Positions 9,899-18,088 of a stretch of 60,578 nt of DNA are shown here, in pieces. Each line of letters begins with the position of its first letter. Within the stretch, counting starts at the first letter, position 1. The DNA comes from an uncultured Candidatus Saccharibacteria bacterium. Its GTDB lineage: Bacteria; Patescibacteriota; UBA1384; CAYJQE01. The position numbers and the translations under genes were made by a program. Below the pieces are notes generated by a model. The model was not told where the DNA came from. It made no database searches and saw nothing but the letters and a program-made list of their open reading frames with translations. Location of the stretch: NCBI GenBank assembly GCA_964372245.1, contig CAYJQE010000003.1, forward strand, positions 1 to 60,578, given 5' to 3'.

Positions 9899-12800
9899 TG
9901 GATCTCTTGAGCCTGCTGGTTGGCCTCATCGTAATTTTAGCGCTCGCTTTTGCGGTCACAATCAGCCTGTCTTTTTATAAAAAGGGGAGACTTATTCAGG
10001 CTCGAGCCAATTTCCTCAATTCGTTGAAAATGATTACCCTAGCGGTCTCGGTGCCTCGGGAAAATGAGAAAACGCCCCAAGCGGCCGAGCAGATGTTCTC
10101 CGCCCTCCACGGCATCCTCCGACAAGATCCGATTCAACAGGAGCACTTCAGTTTTGAACTCGTGGCCGAAGAGAGCTCAATCAAATTTTTTATCAATTTA
10201 CCGGTTCATCTCAAAGATTTCATCACCGGCCAGATCTACGCCCACTATCCGACGGTTGATATCAGCGAGCTGGAAAACGACTACACCGACGACTTGCCAG
10301 ATATCGGTTTTGCTCACGCCTCCTCAAACCTGGCGCTCGAAAAACCGGACGCTTATCCAATCCGAACCTTCGAAAGTTTTGAGGTTGACACTCAAGCCGG
10401 CATCACAGCCGTCCTCTCGCAAACTGGTCAGGGCGAGCGGGTCTGGCTTCAATATCTCCTTCGGCCGGTTGACGAGACTTGGGAGAAAAAAGCCGAGCTC
10501 GAAATTCTAAAACTCAAGGGCGAGTTTAAGGATACAAGGTTGACTTTGGCTGGCGCGCTGAAAGGATTTACGGCCTTTCTTTCCGACATCGCGACTGGCT
10601 TTTTTTCCGCCGGTCGAAATGGCGAGAGATCGGAGAATGGCGGGGGAGGAGATCCCTTGGCGAAGCTCTCCGGGCCGGCAAAGTTGGCAATCGCCGGAAT
10701 AGAGGAAAAGATGACGAAGCTCGCTTTCGCGACTATCGTCCGGTCGATCTCGATCGCCAACGACGAGACTTCGGCCAGAGCGCGGCTCGAGGCCCTGATC
10801 GGCGCCTTCAAGCAGTTCAATCTGACCAACCTGAACGGCTTTAAGGCCGAAAAAATTTCAATCGGCGACTCGTCGGCGATCGAGGCTTATAGAAAGCGAT
10901 CTTTTCCAAGCGGAGCCGGCAATATTTTCACCACTTCCGAACTCGCTTCGCTTTACCATTACCCGGCGACCTCGGTCGAGACGCCCAATATCGTCTGGAC
11001 CGGCGCCAAAAAAGGCGAGCCGCCATCGAATTTGCCGGTTGAGGGAACAGTTTCAACCGAGGCGCTGACGGTTTTCGCCAAGACCGATTTTCGTGCTCGA
11101 AAAGAGCGATTCGGCATCAGCCTTGACGACCGCCGACGACATATGTATCTAATCGGCAAAACCGGCGTTGGCAAGTCGGTCCTGATTTCAAATATGGCTT
11201 TATCCGACATTTATGCCGGTCATGGCTGCTGCGTCGTTGATCCTCACGGCGACCTGATCGAGACGATTCTCCAGGCCATTCCCTCTCATCGGATCAACGA
11301 TGTCATTCTTTTCGATCCTTCGGACCGAGACTTTCCAATCGGTTTCAATCTTTTGGAACAGGTTGATGAAGATCTCAAGGGCATTGTCGCTTCTGGCTTC
11401 GTCGGCATTTTCAAGAAAATTTTTGGTTTTTCTTGGGGCCCAAGACTTGAGCATATCCTTAGGAACACCGTTTTGGCGCTGCTTGACAACGAAAACCAGA
11501 CCATGCTTGGCATTCCAAAGATGCTAACCGACAAACGATATCGTCAGGAGATCGTTTCGAATGTCAGGGACCCGGTCATCAGAGATTTTTGGGTTAACGA
11601 GTTTGAGCAGTACGATACCAAATTTCGGACCGAGGCCGTTTCGCCGATCTTGAACAAAGTCGGCCAATTTCTCTCAACGACAACGATCAGGAATATCGTC
11701 GGTCAGGTTAAGAGCACGGTTGATATGAGAGAAGTTATGGATAATCGAAAAATTCTTTTGATCAATCTAACCCGCGGTCGAATTGGCGAGGACAACTCGG
11801 CGCTTTTGGGTTCGATGCTGGTCACTAAAATTCAGCTTTCGGCTATGAGCCGGGCCGATATACCCGAAGACCAAAGAGTTGACTTCTTTCTTTACGTTGA
11901 CGAGTTCCAAAACTTTGCCACCGAATCTTTTGCCGTCATCCTCTCCGAAGCCCGGAAATATCGTCTCAATCTGGTAATCGCTCATCAATACATCGCTCAA
12001 CTGCCGGAAGAGGTGAGAGACTCGGCCTTTGGCAATGTTGGGACAATCATCGCCTTTCGAGTCGGCGCGGCCGACGCCGCCTTTATGGTCAAGGAGTTTG
12101 AGCCGGTTTTTACCGAAAACGATTTGGTTAATCTCGAAAAATACCACATTTACATCAAGTTAATGATTAACGGGGTCGCCTCGCCGGCCTTCTCGGCAAT
12201 TACCTTGCCGCCGACCGAGATGACGACTGATAGTCGCGAGAAGATCGTTGTCTTAGCTCACGCCGCCTATGCCAAACCAAGAACAAGCGTCGAAAGGGAG
12301 ATAATTGATTGGTCGAGGCGATTGGAACCGGAGCTCTCGCCGACCGACAAAGCGGTCGAGGAGCTGATGGCCTCAAGGCATCAATCAAAGACAAACTCAA
12401 GCGGCCAGTCGTCTTTCGAAGCGGCTCGCCTTAACGAAAAAGAGGGTGAAAAGAGCTCGGAAGAAAGATTCAATCCGGCCGATCTGATCAAGGCACAATC
12501 TGAGAACGAGCCGACGATCGGCAAGGCGATGATCAACGATGTGATCTATCGGGAAGTCAGCCAAAAGGGCGGACTCCTCTGGTATGTCGGCGAGGTGGGA
12601 GACGACAAGGCAATCGCCAGTTTTCAAGGGATAAAGCTCGGCTTGATTCCAAAAGAACGTCGGACCGAAATTGAAAAAATAAAGGCTGCGAGCGAGAACA
12701 AGCAAGCTGAACGATTGCGGAGCCGAGCCGAGCAGGAGGTGATCAAAGAGCAAACCGAAAGAAAGGACGACGATCAACCGCCAACCGGATCGAGCGGGAC

Positions 12801-12996
12801 TGGCGGCAATCAAGATCAAACCATCAATCGAGAGCTAATTCAAAAGCGCTTGAATCGGCAAGGTTCATCCAAACCGCCAGATATTGGGACGAGCGGGGGA
12901 GAGGCCGACTCTGGCCAAGAGGACAAAAGAGAAAACGAGAGAGAAGGCAAGGTCGTCATTCTCAAGCCGAACGAGGTCGTTAGCTTGAGAAAATAG
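9898..12996 (+). CDS. Membrane-anchored VirB4/VirD4(TraG)-like HerA-FtsK superfamily ATPase, paralog 2, with long charged C-terminal tail
   Basis: N-terminal TM helix; Walker A GKTGVGKS; VDPHGD; Walker B LYVDEFQNF; clearly paralogous to 6792-9284. Confidence 0.88.
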   Translation: MDLLSLLVGLIVILALAFAVTISLSFYKKGRLIQARANFLNSLKMITLAVSVPRENEKTPQAAEQMFSALHGILRQDPIQQEHFSFELVAEESSIKFFINLPVHLKDFITGQIYAHYPTVDISELENDYTDDLPDIGFAHASSNLALEKPDAYPIRTFESFEVDTQAGITAVLSQTGQGERVWLQYLLRPVDETWEKKAELEILKLKGEFKDTRLTLAGALKGFTAFLSDIATGFFSAGRNGERSENGGGGDPLAKLSGPAKLAIAGIEEKMTKLAFATIVRSISIANDETSARARLEALIGAFKQFNLTNLNGFKAEKISIGDSSAIEAYRKRSFPSGAGNIFTTSELASLYHYPATSVETPNIVWTGAKKGEPPSNLPVEGTVSTEALTVFAKTDFRARKERFGISLDDRRRHMYLIGKTGVGKSVLISNMALSDIYAGHGCCVVDPHGDLIETILQAIPSHRINDVILFDPSDRDFPIGFNLLEQVDEDLKGIVASGFVGIFKKIFGFSWGPRLEHILRNTVLALLDNENQTMLGIPKMLTDKRYRQEIVSNVRDPVIRDFWVNEFEQYDTKFRTEAVSPILNKVGQFLSTTTIRNIVGQVKSTVDMREVMDNRKILLINLTRGRIGEDNSALLGSMLVTKIQLSAMSRADIPEDQRVDFFLYVDEFQNFATESFAVILSEARKYRLNLVIAHQYIAQLPEEVRDSAFGNVGTIIAFRVGAADAAFMVKEFEPVFTENDLVNLEKYHIYIKLMINGVASPAFSAITLPPTEMTTDSREKIVVLAHAAYAKPRTSVEREIIDWSRRLEPELSPTDKAVEELMASRHQSKTNSSGQSSFEAARLNEKEGEKSSEERFNPADLIKAQSENEPTIGKAMINDVIYREVSQKGGLLWYVGEVGDDKAIASFQGIKLGLIPKERRTEIEKIKAASENKQAERLRSRAEQEVIKEQTERKDDDQPPTGSSGTGGNQDQTINRELIQKRLNRQGSSKPPDIGTSGGEADSGQEDKRENEREGKVVILKPNEVVSLRK

Positions 12997-13102
12997 TCAG
13001 AATTTTAAGGTTCGCTTGTCGTTAATCTTAAAAATCTTAGTCGACTGTCAGACCGGCGGCTTTAAGAGCTCTTCGAGGCGATCAACCATTAGCTCGGTTG
13101 TG

Positions 13103-13134
13103 TTGTGTCGTACAATGATACTTGTACGACACAA
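13103..13134. repeat. Perfect 13-bp inverted repeat TTGTGTCGTACAA-N6-TTGTACGACACAA
   Basis: Read directly in the AT-rich gap between convergent genes. Confidence 0.8.
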
Positions 13135-13184
13135 GATTATTCCTTTTCTATAAACAATCATATATATAGAATGATAATTGAATG

Positions 13185-14063
13185 TTAAGGACTTTTTCGT
13201 TTCTGCCAGAAAACCAGGAGCGGAGTGGCTAAAAATAGCGATGAATAAGTCCCGATTGATATGCCGATTATCAAAGTCAAGACAAAATGTTTGATGGTCG
13301 CCCCGCCGATTAGAAAAAGACTTATCAAAGTTAACAAAGTGGTGAACGAGGTCGTGATCGAACGACCAAGCGTCTCTTTGAGCGAACGATCGGCTATAAC
13401 CTCAAAATCGCCGCCAGCGGTCTTCTGGAGGTTTTCTCGTATTCGGTCAAAGACAACGATCGTGTCGTGAACCGAAAAGCCCAGAACCGCCAGAATGGCC
13501 GATATGAAAAGAGAATCAATCTCGATCCAGGAATAAAAATGACCAAGAAGCGAAAAGGCCCCGATCGTGATCAAGACATCATGAATCAGGGCGACTATAG
13601 CAATAATTCCGAATCGCCAAGAGTTGTAGGGTTTGTCGATTTTCCGAAAAACAAAGGCGATATAACCAATGATCGCCAGAACGGCCAAATTGACAGACAG
13701 GAGCGCTTTGTTGATCAGAGTCTTGCCGATCGTCGGTCCGACGGTTTCGAACCGCGACTCCCCCACTTCCGGATCAATCTTTCGCAATTGCTCGATCGCT
13801 CGGTTCTTTTTTTGATCGTCAATCGTTTTTGATTTTAAGAGAAAACTTTTATCGCCAAGCCGAGAGACGGACAGAGATTCAAATTCGAGATCAGAAAGCT
13901 CGTCTTTTACGCCCTCGATAGAGAGATTCGAAGCCTTAATCTCGAGCAGGCTGCCGCCTTTGAAATCGAGACCGACATTGAGGCCATAAAAATAGAGGCT
14001 GGCCAGACTCGAGAGAGCCAGAAAAGCCGAGAAGAGATAGTATGAACGACTGTGTCTTAGCAT
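13185..14063 (-). CDS. secF: Protein translocase subunit SecF
   Basis: GLDFKGGS, VGPTIG, GFSVHDTIVVFDRIREN, RSITTSFTT motifs. Confidence 0.96.
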   Translation of the reverse strand: MLRHSRSYYLFSAFLALSSLASLYFYGLNVGLDFKGGSLLEIKASNLSIEGVKDELSDLEFESLSVSRLGDKSFLLKSKTIDDQKKNRAIEQLRKIDPEVGESRFETVGPTIGKTLINKALLSVNLAVLAIIGYIAFVFRKIDKPYNSWRFGIIAIVALIHDVLITIGAFSLLGHFYSWIEIDSLFISAILAVLGFSVHDTIVVFDRIRENLQKTAGGDFEVIADRSLKETLGRSITTSFTTLLTLISLFLIGGATIKHFVLTLIIGISIGTYSSLFLATPLLVFWQKRKSP

Positions 14064-14242
14064 CTGGAATATGTTTTAACCGATGGAACAATTGTCAAAA
14101 ATCGAGAAATCAAAGGCCCTTGGCCACTAAAAAGGCTGGTCGGAAAGGGCCGAAAAGCCCGATCCTTCTCTCGGCCGCCTGAAAGCGATCGAAGCGCGGA
14201 ACCGATAGCCGATTGAAGTTTCATCTCTCCCCTTTCATAGTT

Positions 14243-15511
14243 TCATCCGAAGGTCAACTTTAAGAGATTTCTGGTAACGGTTAAAGCGGTGAAAAGCGAG
14301 ACCAGGATCCCGATCGAGAGGGTAAGGGCGAAACCTCGAACGCTGCCTGTTCCAAACCAGAAAAGAATCGCGGCCGTGATCAAGCTCGAAATGTTGCTCG
14401 CCATAATCGCCGATTTAGCCCGATAAAATCCCTCCTCAAAGGCTCGAGGCCGACTTTTCCCCTGTTCAAGCTCTTCTTTCGTCCGCTCAAAAATTAGGAT
14501 GTTGGCGTCAACCGCGGCCCCGATCGACAGTATAAAACCGGCGATCCCGGCCAAAGTCAGAGTGACCGGAATCAATTTATAAAAAGCGATGTTGACGATG
14601 AAATAGATTAAAAGCGCGATTCCGGCGATAAAACCGTCCAGCCGATAGTAAAGAGTCATAAAAAGAAAGACCAGAAAGAATCCGATAAGGCCAGCGATGA
14701 ACGAGGTCAGAATTGAGTTTCGGCCGAGACTGGCGCCGACCGTTCGTTCCTCGATTATCTCGATCGGAACTGGCAGAGCGCCAGCGTTGATCAGATCTTT
14801 CAGCTCCCTCGCCTCGGTGATTGTGAACGATCCGGAGATCTCGGCTCGACCGCCGGCAATGACAGACTGGACGACCGGAATCGAGATCGGCTGGCCGTCC
14901 AGAACGATGGCGACCGGTTGATTGAGATTCCGGCCGGTGATCTCCTCGAAAAGCTTTGGGCCTTCGTCTTTGAGCTCAAGGCTGACGACCGGCTGACTGG
15001 CGATTGATCGGTTTTGGCCGCCGGATTGGAAATCAATCGTCGCCCGCTTGACATGTTTGCCGGAAAGGCCGGTGTTCTTGAAGCTTGGATCAAAACCGTC
15101 GCCTGTCTCCCCCGCTTTGACCGGTTCTTGGAATTGAAGATTGGCCTCGGTGCCGATCAATCGTTTAGCGGCTTCGATATCCTGAATCCCGGGCATCTCG
15201 ACTATCAAGGCCGGTTGACCGCCGATCTTGGCCATCTGAATTACCGGCTCGGCGACGCCAAGGATATTGATCCGGCGATCAATCGCGTCTCGAAGCGATT
15301 CCAAAGCCTCGCTCTCCTCTTTGCCCGAGAGACCTTCGGTTTTCGCGCGGTAAACCAGTCGGCTGCCACCTTGCAGGTCAAGGCCGAGGTGAAGTTTAAA
15401 CTCTTTCTGAAAGTTGCCGATTTTAATATTCGGCCCTTTCGGCCAAACGACCAAAAGGCTCAAAAAAACGACCAAAGCGATAAACAAATAACTCAACGAA
15501 GCTTTTCGCAC
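14243..15511 (-). CDS. secD: Protein translocase subunit SecD
   Basis: LGLDLQGG, VGASLG, TLAGIAGFILSIGAAVDANILIFER; GTG 15511 lies 6 nt after a TATTCT -10 (alternative start TTG 15547). Confidence 0.95.
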   Translation of the reverse strand: MRKASLSYLFIALVVFLSLLVVWPKGPNIKIGNFQKEFKLHLGLDLQGGSRLVYRAKTEGLSGKEESEALESLRDAIDRRINILGVAEPVIQMAKIGGQPALIVEMPGIQDIEAAKRLIGTEANLQFQEPVKAGETGDGFDPSFKNTGLSGKHVKRATIDFQSGGQNRSIASQPVVSLELKDEGPKLFEEITGRNLNQPVAIVLDGQPISIPVVQSVIAGGRAEISGSFTITEARELKDLINAGALPVPIEIIEERTVGASLGRNSILTSFIAGLIGFFLVFLFMTLYYRLDGFIAGIALLIYFIVNIAFYKLIPVTLTLAGIAGFILSIGAAVDANILIFERTKEELEQGKSRPRAFEEGFYRAKSAIMASNISSLITAAILFWFGTGSVRGFALTLSIGILVSLFTALTVTRNLLKLTFG

Positions 15512-15571
15512 CAGTCCAGAATAACCGATCTGAAAGCTCAAAGCCAAAATTGGGCCCGATAGATTTAAATT

Positions 15572-15602
15572 AAAAAAACCTCGCGGCTGTCAGAGAGCGA
15601 GG
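15572..15602 (-). terminator. Intrinsic terminator downstream of the RluA-family gene
   Basis: Minus strand CCTCGC-N12-GCGAGG followed by T7. Confidence 0.55.
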
Positions 15603-15708
15603 CTGGAAAGACGGCAGTCTGGCAAAATCTTAAACTAAAAAGCGTTCAAGAAAACCGGGAGACGAGATCGGAAGAAAAACGTGGTTTTTTAAAACCTCGC
15701 TCTTATTT

Positions 15709-16509
15709 TTACGACTCCTGATTCGAGTGGCCGGCATTCAAACTCTTGATGACCCTTTCGAGATCAAAAGGCAAAGCCGATTTGAAAGTCAGCCTCTCCC
15801 CCGTCGCCGGATGGTCAAACGAGAGCCTCGAAGCGTGCAGGAACTGTCGCCCGAGTTTAAGCCCGCGGCTTAACTCTCGACTTAATTTTGTCTTGTAGAT
15901 CGGATCGCCCATGATCGGGTGAAGAATCGCTTTGAAATGAACTCTCAACTGATGCGTCCGGCCGGTGATCGGCTGACATCGAACCAGAGTCAGGGTTGTC
16001 GATTTGCCGCCTTTTGCCATTGCCTGAAAGGTCTTTTTGACGCTATAGAGGCTTTTGCTCGGACGGCCAGCAAACTTTTCGGAGAGTCGAAAATAGCCGG
16101 TTTTCCGGCTTCGCTCGATTCCACCCTCGATCGCCCCTTGGGGCTTCTCGGGTCGGCCACAGAGAAGCGCGGTGTAGATTTTCTCAAACCGACCTTCTTT
16201 CAGTTCGGCCGAGAGTTTTTTTAGCGCCCCCTTGGTTCTGGCGACGACCATCAGTCCCGAAGTCATTCTGTCGAGCCGATGAACGATCCCCGGCCGAAGC
16301 CGGCTTTTTTCGCTCAAGTCTAAAGTCGCCTCCCCTATCGTCGGCCATTTTTCAATCAGCCAATCGGTCAAATATCGCTCGTCCGTCAGTTTTGGCTTCG
16401 CCGTTTTTTCAATCTTGTTTCGGTGAACGATCCAGCCAGCCGGCTTCTCAAGAACCAGAAAAGATCGGTCTTGATAGATCAGCCGTGGCCGCCGGTCACG
16501 ATCTTTCAT
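15709..16509 (-). CDS. RluA-family pseudouridine synthase
   Basis: KPAGWIVH, HRLDRMTSGL (catalytic Asp), TGRTHQLRVH, GDPIY, LHASRLSFDHP. Confidence 0.95.
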   Translation of the reverse strand: MKDRDRRPRLIYQDRSFLVLEKPAGWIVHRNKIEKTAKPKLTDERYLTDWLIEKWPTIGEATLDLSEKSRLRPGIVHRLDRMTSGLMVVARTKGALKKLSAELKEGRFEKIYTALLCGRPEKPQGAIEGGIERSRKTGYFRLSEKFAGRPSKSLYSVKKTFQAMAKGGKSTTLTLVRCQPITGRTHQLRVHFKAILHPIMGDPIYKTKLSRELSRGLKLGRQFLHASRLSFDHPATGERLTFKSALPFDLERVIKSLNAGHSNQES

Positions 16510-16876
16510 TGCTCAATGACAAGACAGAGAGGCCCGGACCTTCGAGTTAAGCTCGAGGATCTCGTTGGCTCTCGCTTGGCGATCAGGGTTTATTATTTTT
16601 AGCATCCAAGCCTTAAGGACTTTTTCTGTAAGTTCTAACCGACGATGAAATGTTATTCCGATTCTCGTCATCTCGATTGTGCAGGCCGCTAAGGAAGGAG
16701 GGGCTAAAACCTTAACGACTCTGCACAACCAAAACGACCAGAGATCGAAATGGCTTTCAGTCGCTTGGATTGTAGCCGAGTTTCGACCGGCTGTCAACAG
16801 TTATTAAAGAAACTTTGACGATCAAGTTTACCGTTTTTTAAATCTCAAAAAGAATCAACGATGGTTGTCGAAAGTG

Positions 16877-16903
16877 AAAAGGGGCGAGCACATAGCTCGC
16901 CCC
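16877..16903 (-). terminator. Intrinsic terminator of the candidate ncRNA, copy 1
   Basis: Minus strand GGGGCGAGC-TATGT-GCTCGCCCC-TTTTCACTTT. Confidence 0.75.
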
Positions 16904-17123
16904 CGGGGCTGACGGGTCAGCGGTCGGCTTTTAGCGCAAGCCGGGCCGCCTTCCCCCCGCCCCTCCCGTCGGCGTCGAGGGCCGAGTGGCGTCTATCCAG
17001 CCACTCTTAGCGCTAATTACCTCTCTTCGCCGCCAGGTAGGTGGATGGGTTTGGGGCGTTTTTTTAAGTTCCCCGCCCGTCCACTTACCTGTCGACGAAA
17101 AAAACCTTGTTTTCAATTCTCAG
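16877..17123 (-). ncRNA. Candidate ~250-nt structured non-coding RNA of unknown family, copy 1
   Basis: Bounded by a near-consensus promoter and an intrinsic terminator; contains a ~74-nt long hairpin, three shorter hairpins and a possible 7-bp pseudoknot; no SD-led ORF. Confidence 0.6.
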
Positions 17124-17129
17124 AGCCCT

Positions 17130-17158
17130 ATTGTAGCATATATTAAAAGGTTTGTCAA
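17130..17158 (-). promoter_or_regulatory. Sigma70 promoter TTGACA-17-TACAAT with extended -10 (TG), copy 1
   Basis: -35 at 17158-17153, -10 at 17135-17130. Confidence 0.85.
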
Positions 17159-17338
17159 GAGCCAGTGACACTTATCAAGATCGAGTATGGCCTTTGGCCC
17201 TAATCAAATGAAATTCGCTTCCGTTTTCTGGCAAAATCCGGATTCCTTTTCAACCGCCAATCGATAGCGATTTTTGGCTCCCTCTCGGCTTAAATGCCAG
17301 ACTTGCTGACATTAACCTTTCCGCGGTTGTCGAAAGTG

Positions 17339-17365
17339 AAAAGGGGCGAGCACATAGCTCGCCCC
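17339..17365 (-). terminator. Intrinsic terminator of the candidate ncRNA, copy 2
   Basis: Identical to 16877-16903. Confidence 0.72.
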
Positions 17366-17585
17366 CGGGGCTGACGGGTCAGCGGTCGGCTTTTAGCGCA
17401 AGCCGGGCCGCCTTCCCCCCGCCCCTCCCGTCGGCGTCGAGGGCCGAGTGGCGTCTATCCAGCCACTCTTAGCGCTAATTACCTCTCTTCGCCGCCAGGT
17501 AGGTGGATGGGTTTGGGGCGTTTTTTTAAGTTCCCCGCCCGTCCACTTACCTGTCGACGAAAAAAACCTTGTTTTCAATTCTCAG
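17339..17585 (-). ncRNA. Candidate ~250-nt structured non-coding RNA, copy 2
   Basis: Identical to copy 1, offset +462. Confidence 0.55.
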
Positions 17586-17591
17586 AGCCCT

Positions 17592-17620
17592 ATTGTAGCA
17601 TATATTAAAAGGTTTGTCAA
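17592..17620 (-). promoter_or_regulatory. Sigma70 promoter TTGACA-17-TACAAT, copy 2
   Basis: Identical to 17130-17158. Confidence 0.8.
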
Positions 17621-18088
17621 GAGCCAGTGACACTTATCAAGATCGAGTATGGCCTTTGGCCCTAATCAAATGAAATTCGCTTCCGTTTTCTGGCAAAATC
17701 CGGATTCCTTTTCAACCGCCAATCGATAGCGATTTTTGGCTCCCTCTCGGCTTAAATGCCAGACTTGCTGACATTAACCTTTCCGCTTGAACCGCCCGGT
17801 TGCTCGATGACCTTACACAGCCCGGCCGATCGTTCTTTTTCAACCGGCCTTTTTTGCCCTGGGTCTCTTTTAGTGAGGCCAGAAACCGCGATCGAGATCA
17901 CGAACTCTGGTCTTTGGCCCACCCACAACAGGTGGGCCAAAAAAAATATGATTGCGGGTGCTTTTTTAACGCAGGGCACCACACTGCGGCCGGTTTCTGT
18001 TTTCAGGGTTCAAGCGGGGCTTCACGCCCGCCCGGCTCCCCAGCCCCGCCCGCGTTTTTTCGCGGCGGGGAAGAAGTGTGGCGTTCCC

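Larger units (their letters stand above)
16863..17786. repeat. Apparently exact tandem duplication of a 462-bp unit (16863-17324 and 17325-17786)
   Basis: Copies read identical base by base by eye; the ORF track shows identical peptides offset by 462 (16931/17393, 16986/17448). Confidence 0.95.

Noticed and set aside
6792-12996. Conjugative element/ICE call based on VirB4/VirD4-like genes
   Set aside because: No relaxase, integrase, att sites or other T4SS components are seen; the flanks are housekeeping genes.
16513-16797. 94-aa minus-strand ORF downstream of the ncRNA candidate
   Set aside because: No SD or leaderless -10 and no recognisable motif; cannot be supported, though the 350-bp gap remains unexplained.
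16877-17123. Identification of the RNA as tmRNA, cobalamin riboswitch, glmS ribozyme or retron msr-msd
   Set aside because: GGGGCTGA and GCCGAG (plus strand) recall tmRNA, but there is no D-loop, T-arm/CCA or plausible tag. GCCACT...GGGAAGGC recalls the B12 element, but the P3-P6 core and full B12 box are missing. AGCGC lacks the rest of the glmS core. No reverse transcriptase is in the window and the hairpin order is opposite to that of retrons.
16931-17630. Duplicated 60-61-aa ORFs on both strands of the 462-bp unit
   Set aside because: No SD, and they run through strong hairpins; better explained as by-products of a GC-rich structured RNA.
16863-17786. CRISPR array
   Set aside because: Two long identical units with no short repeat-spacer periodicity and no cas genes.
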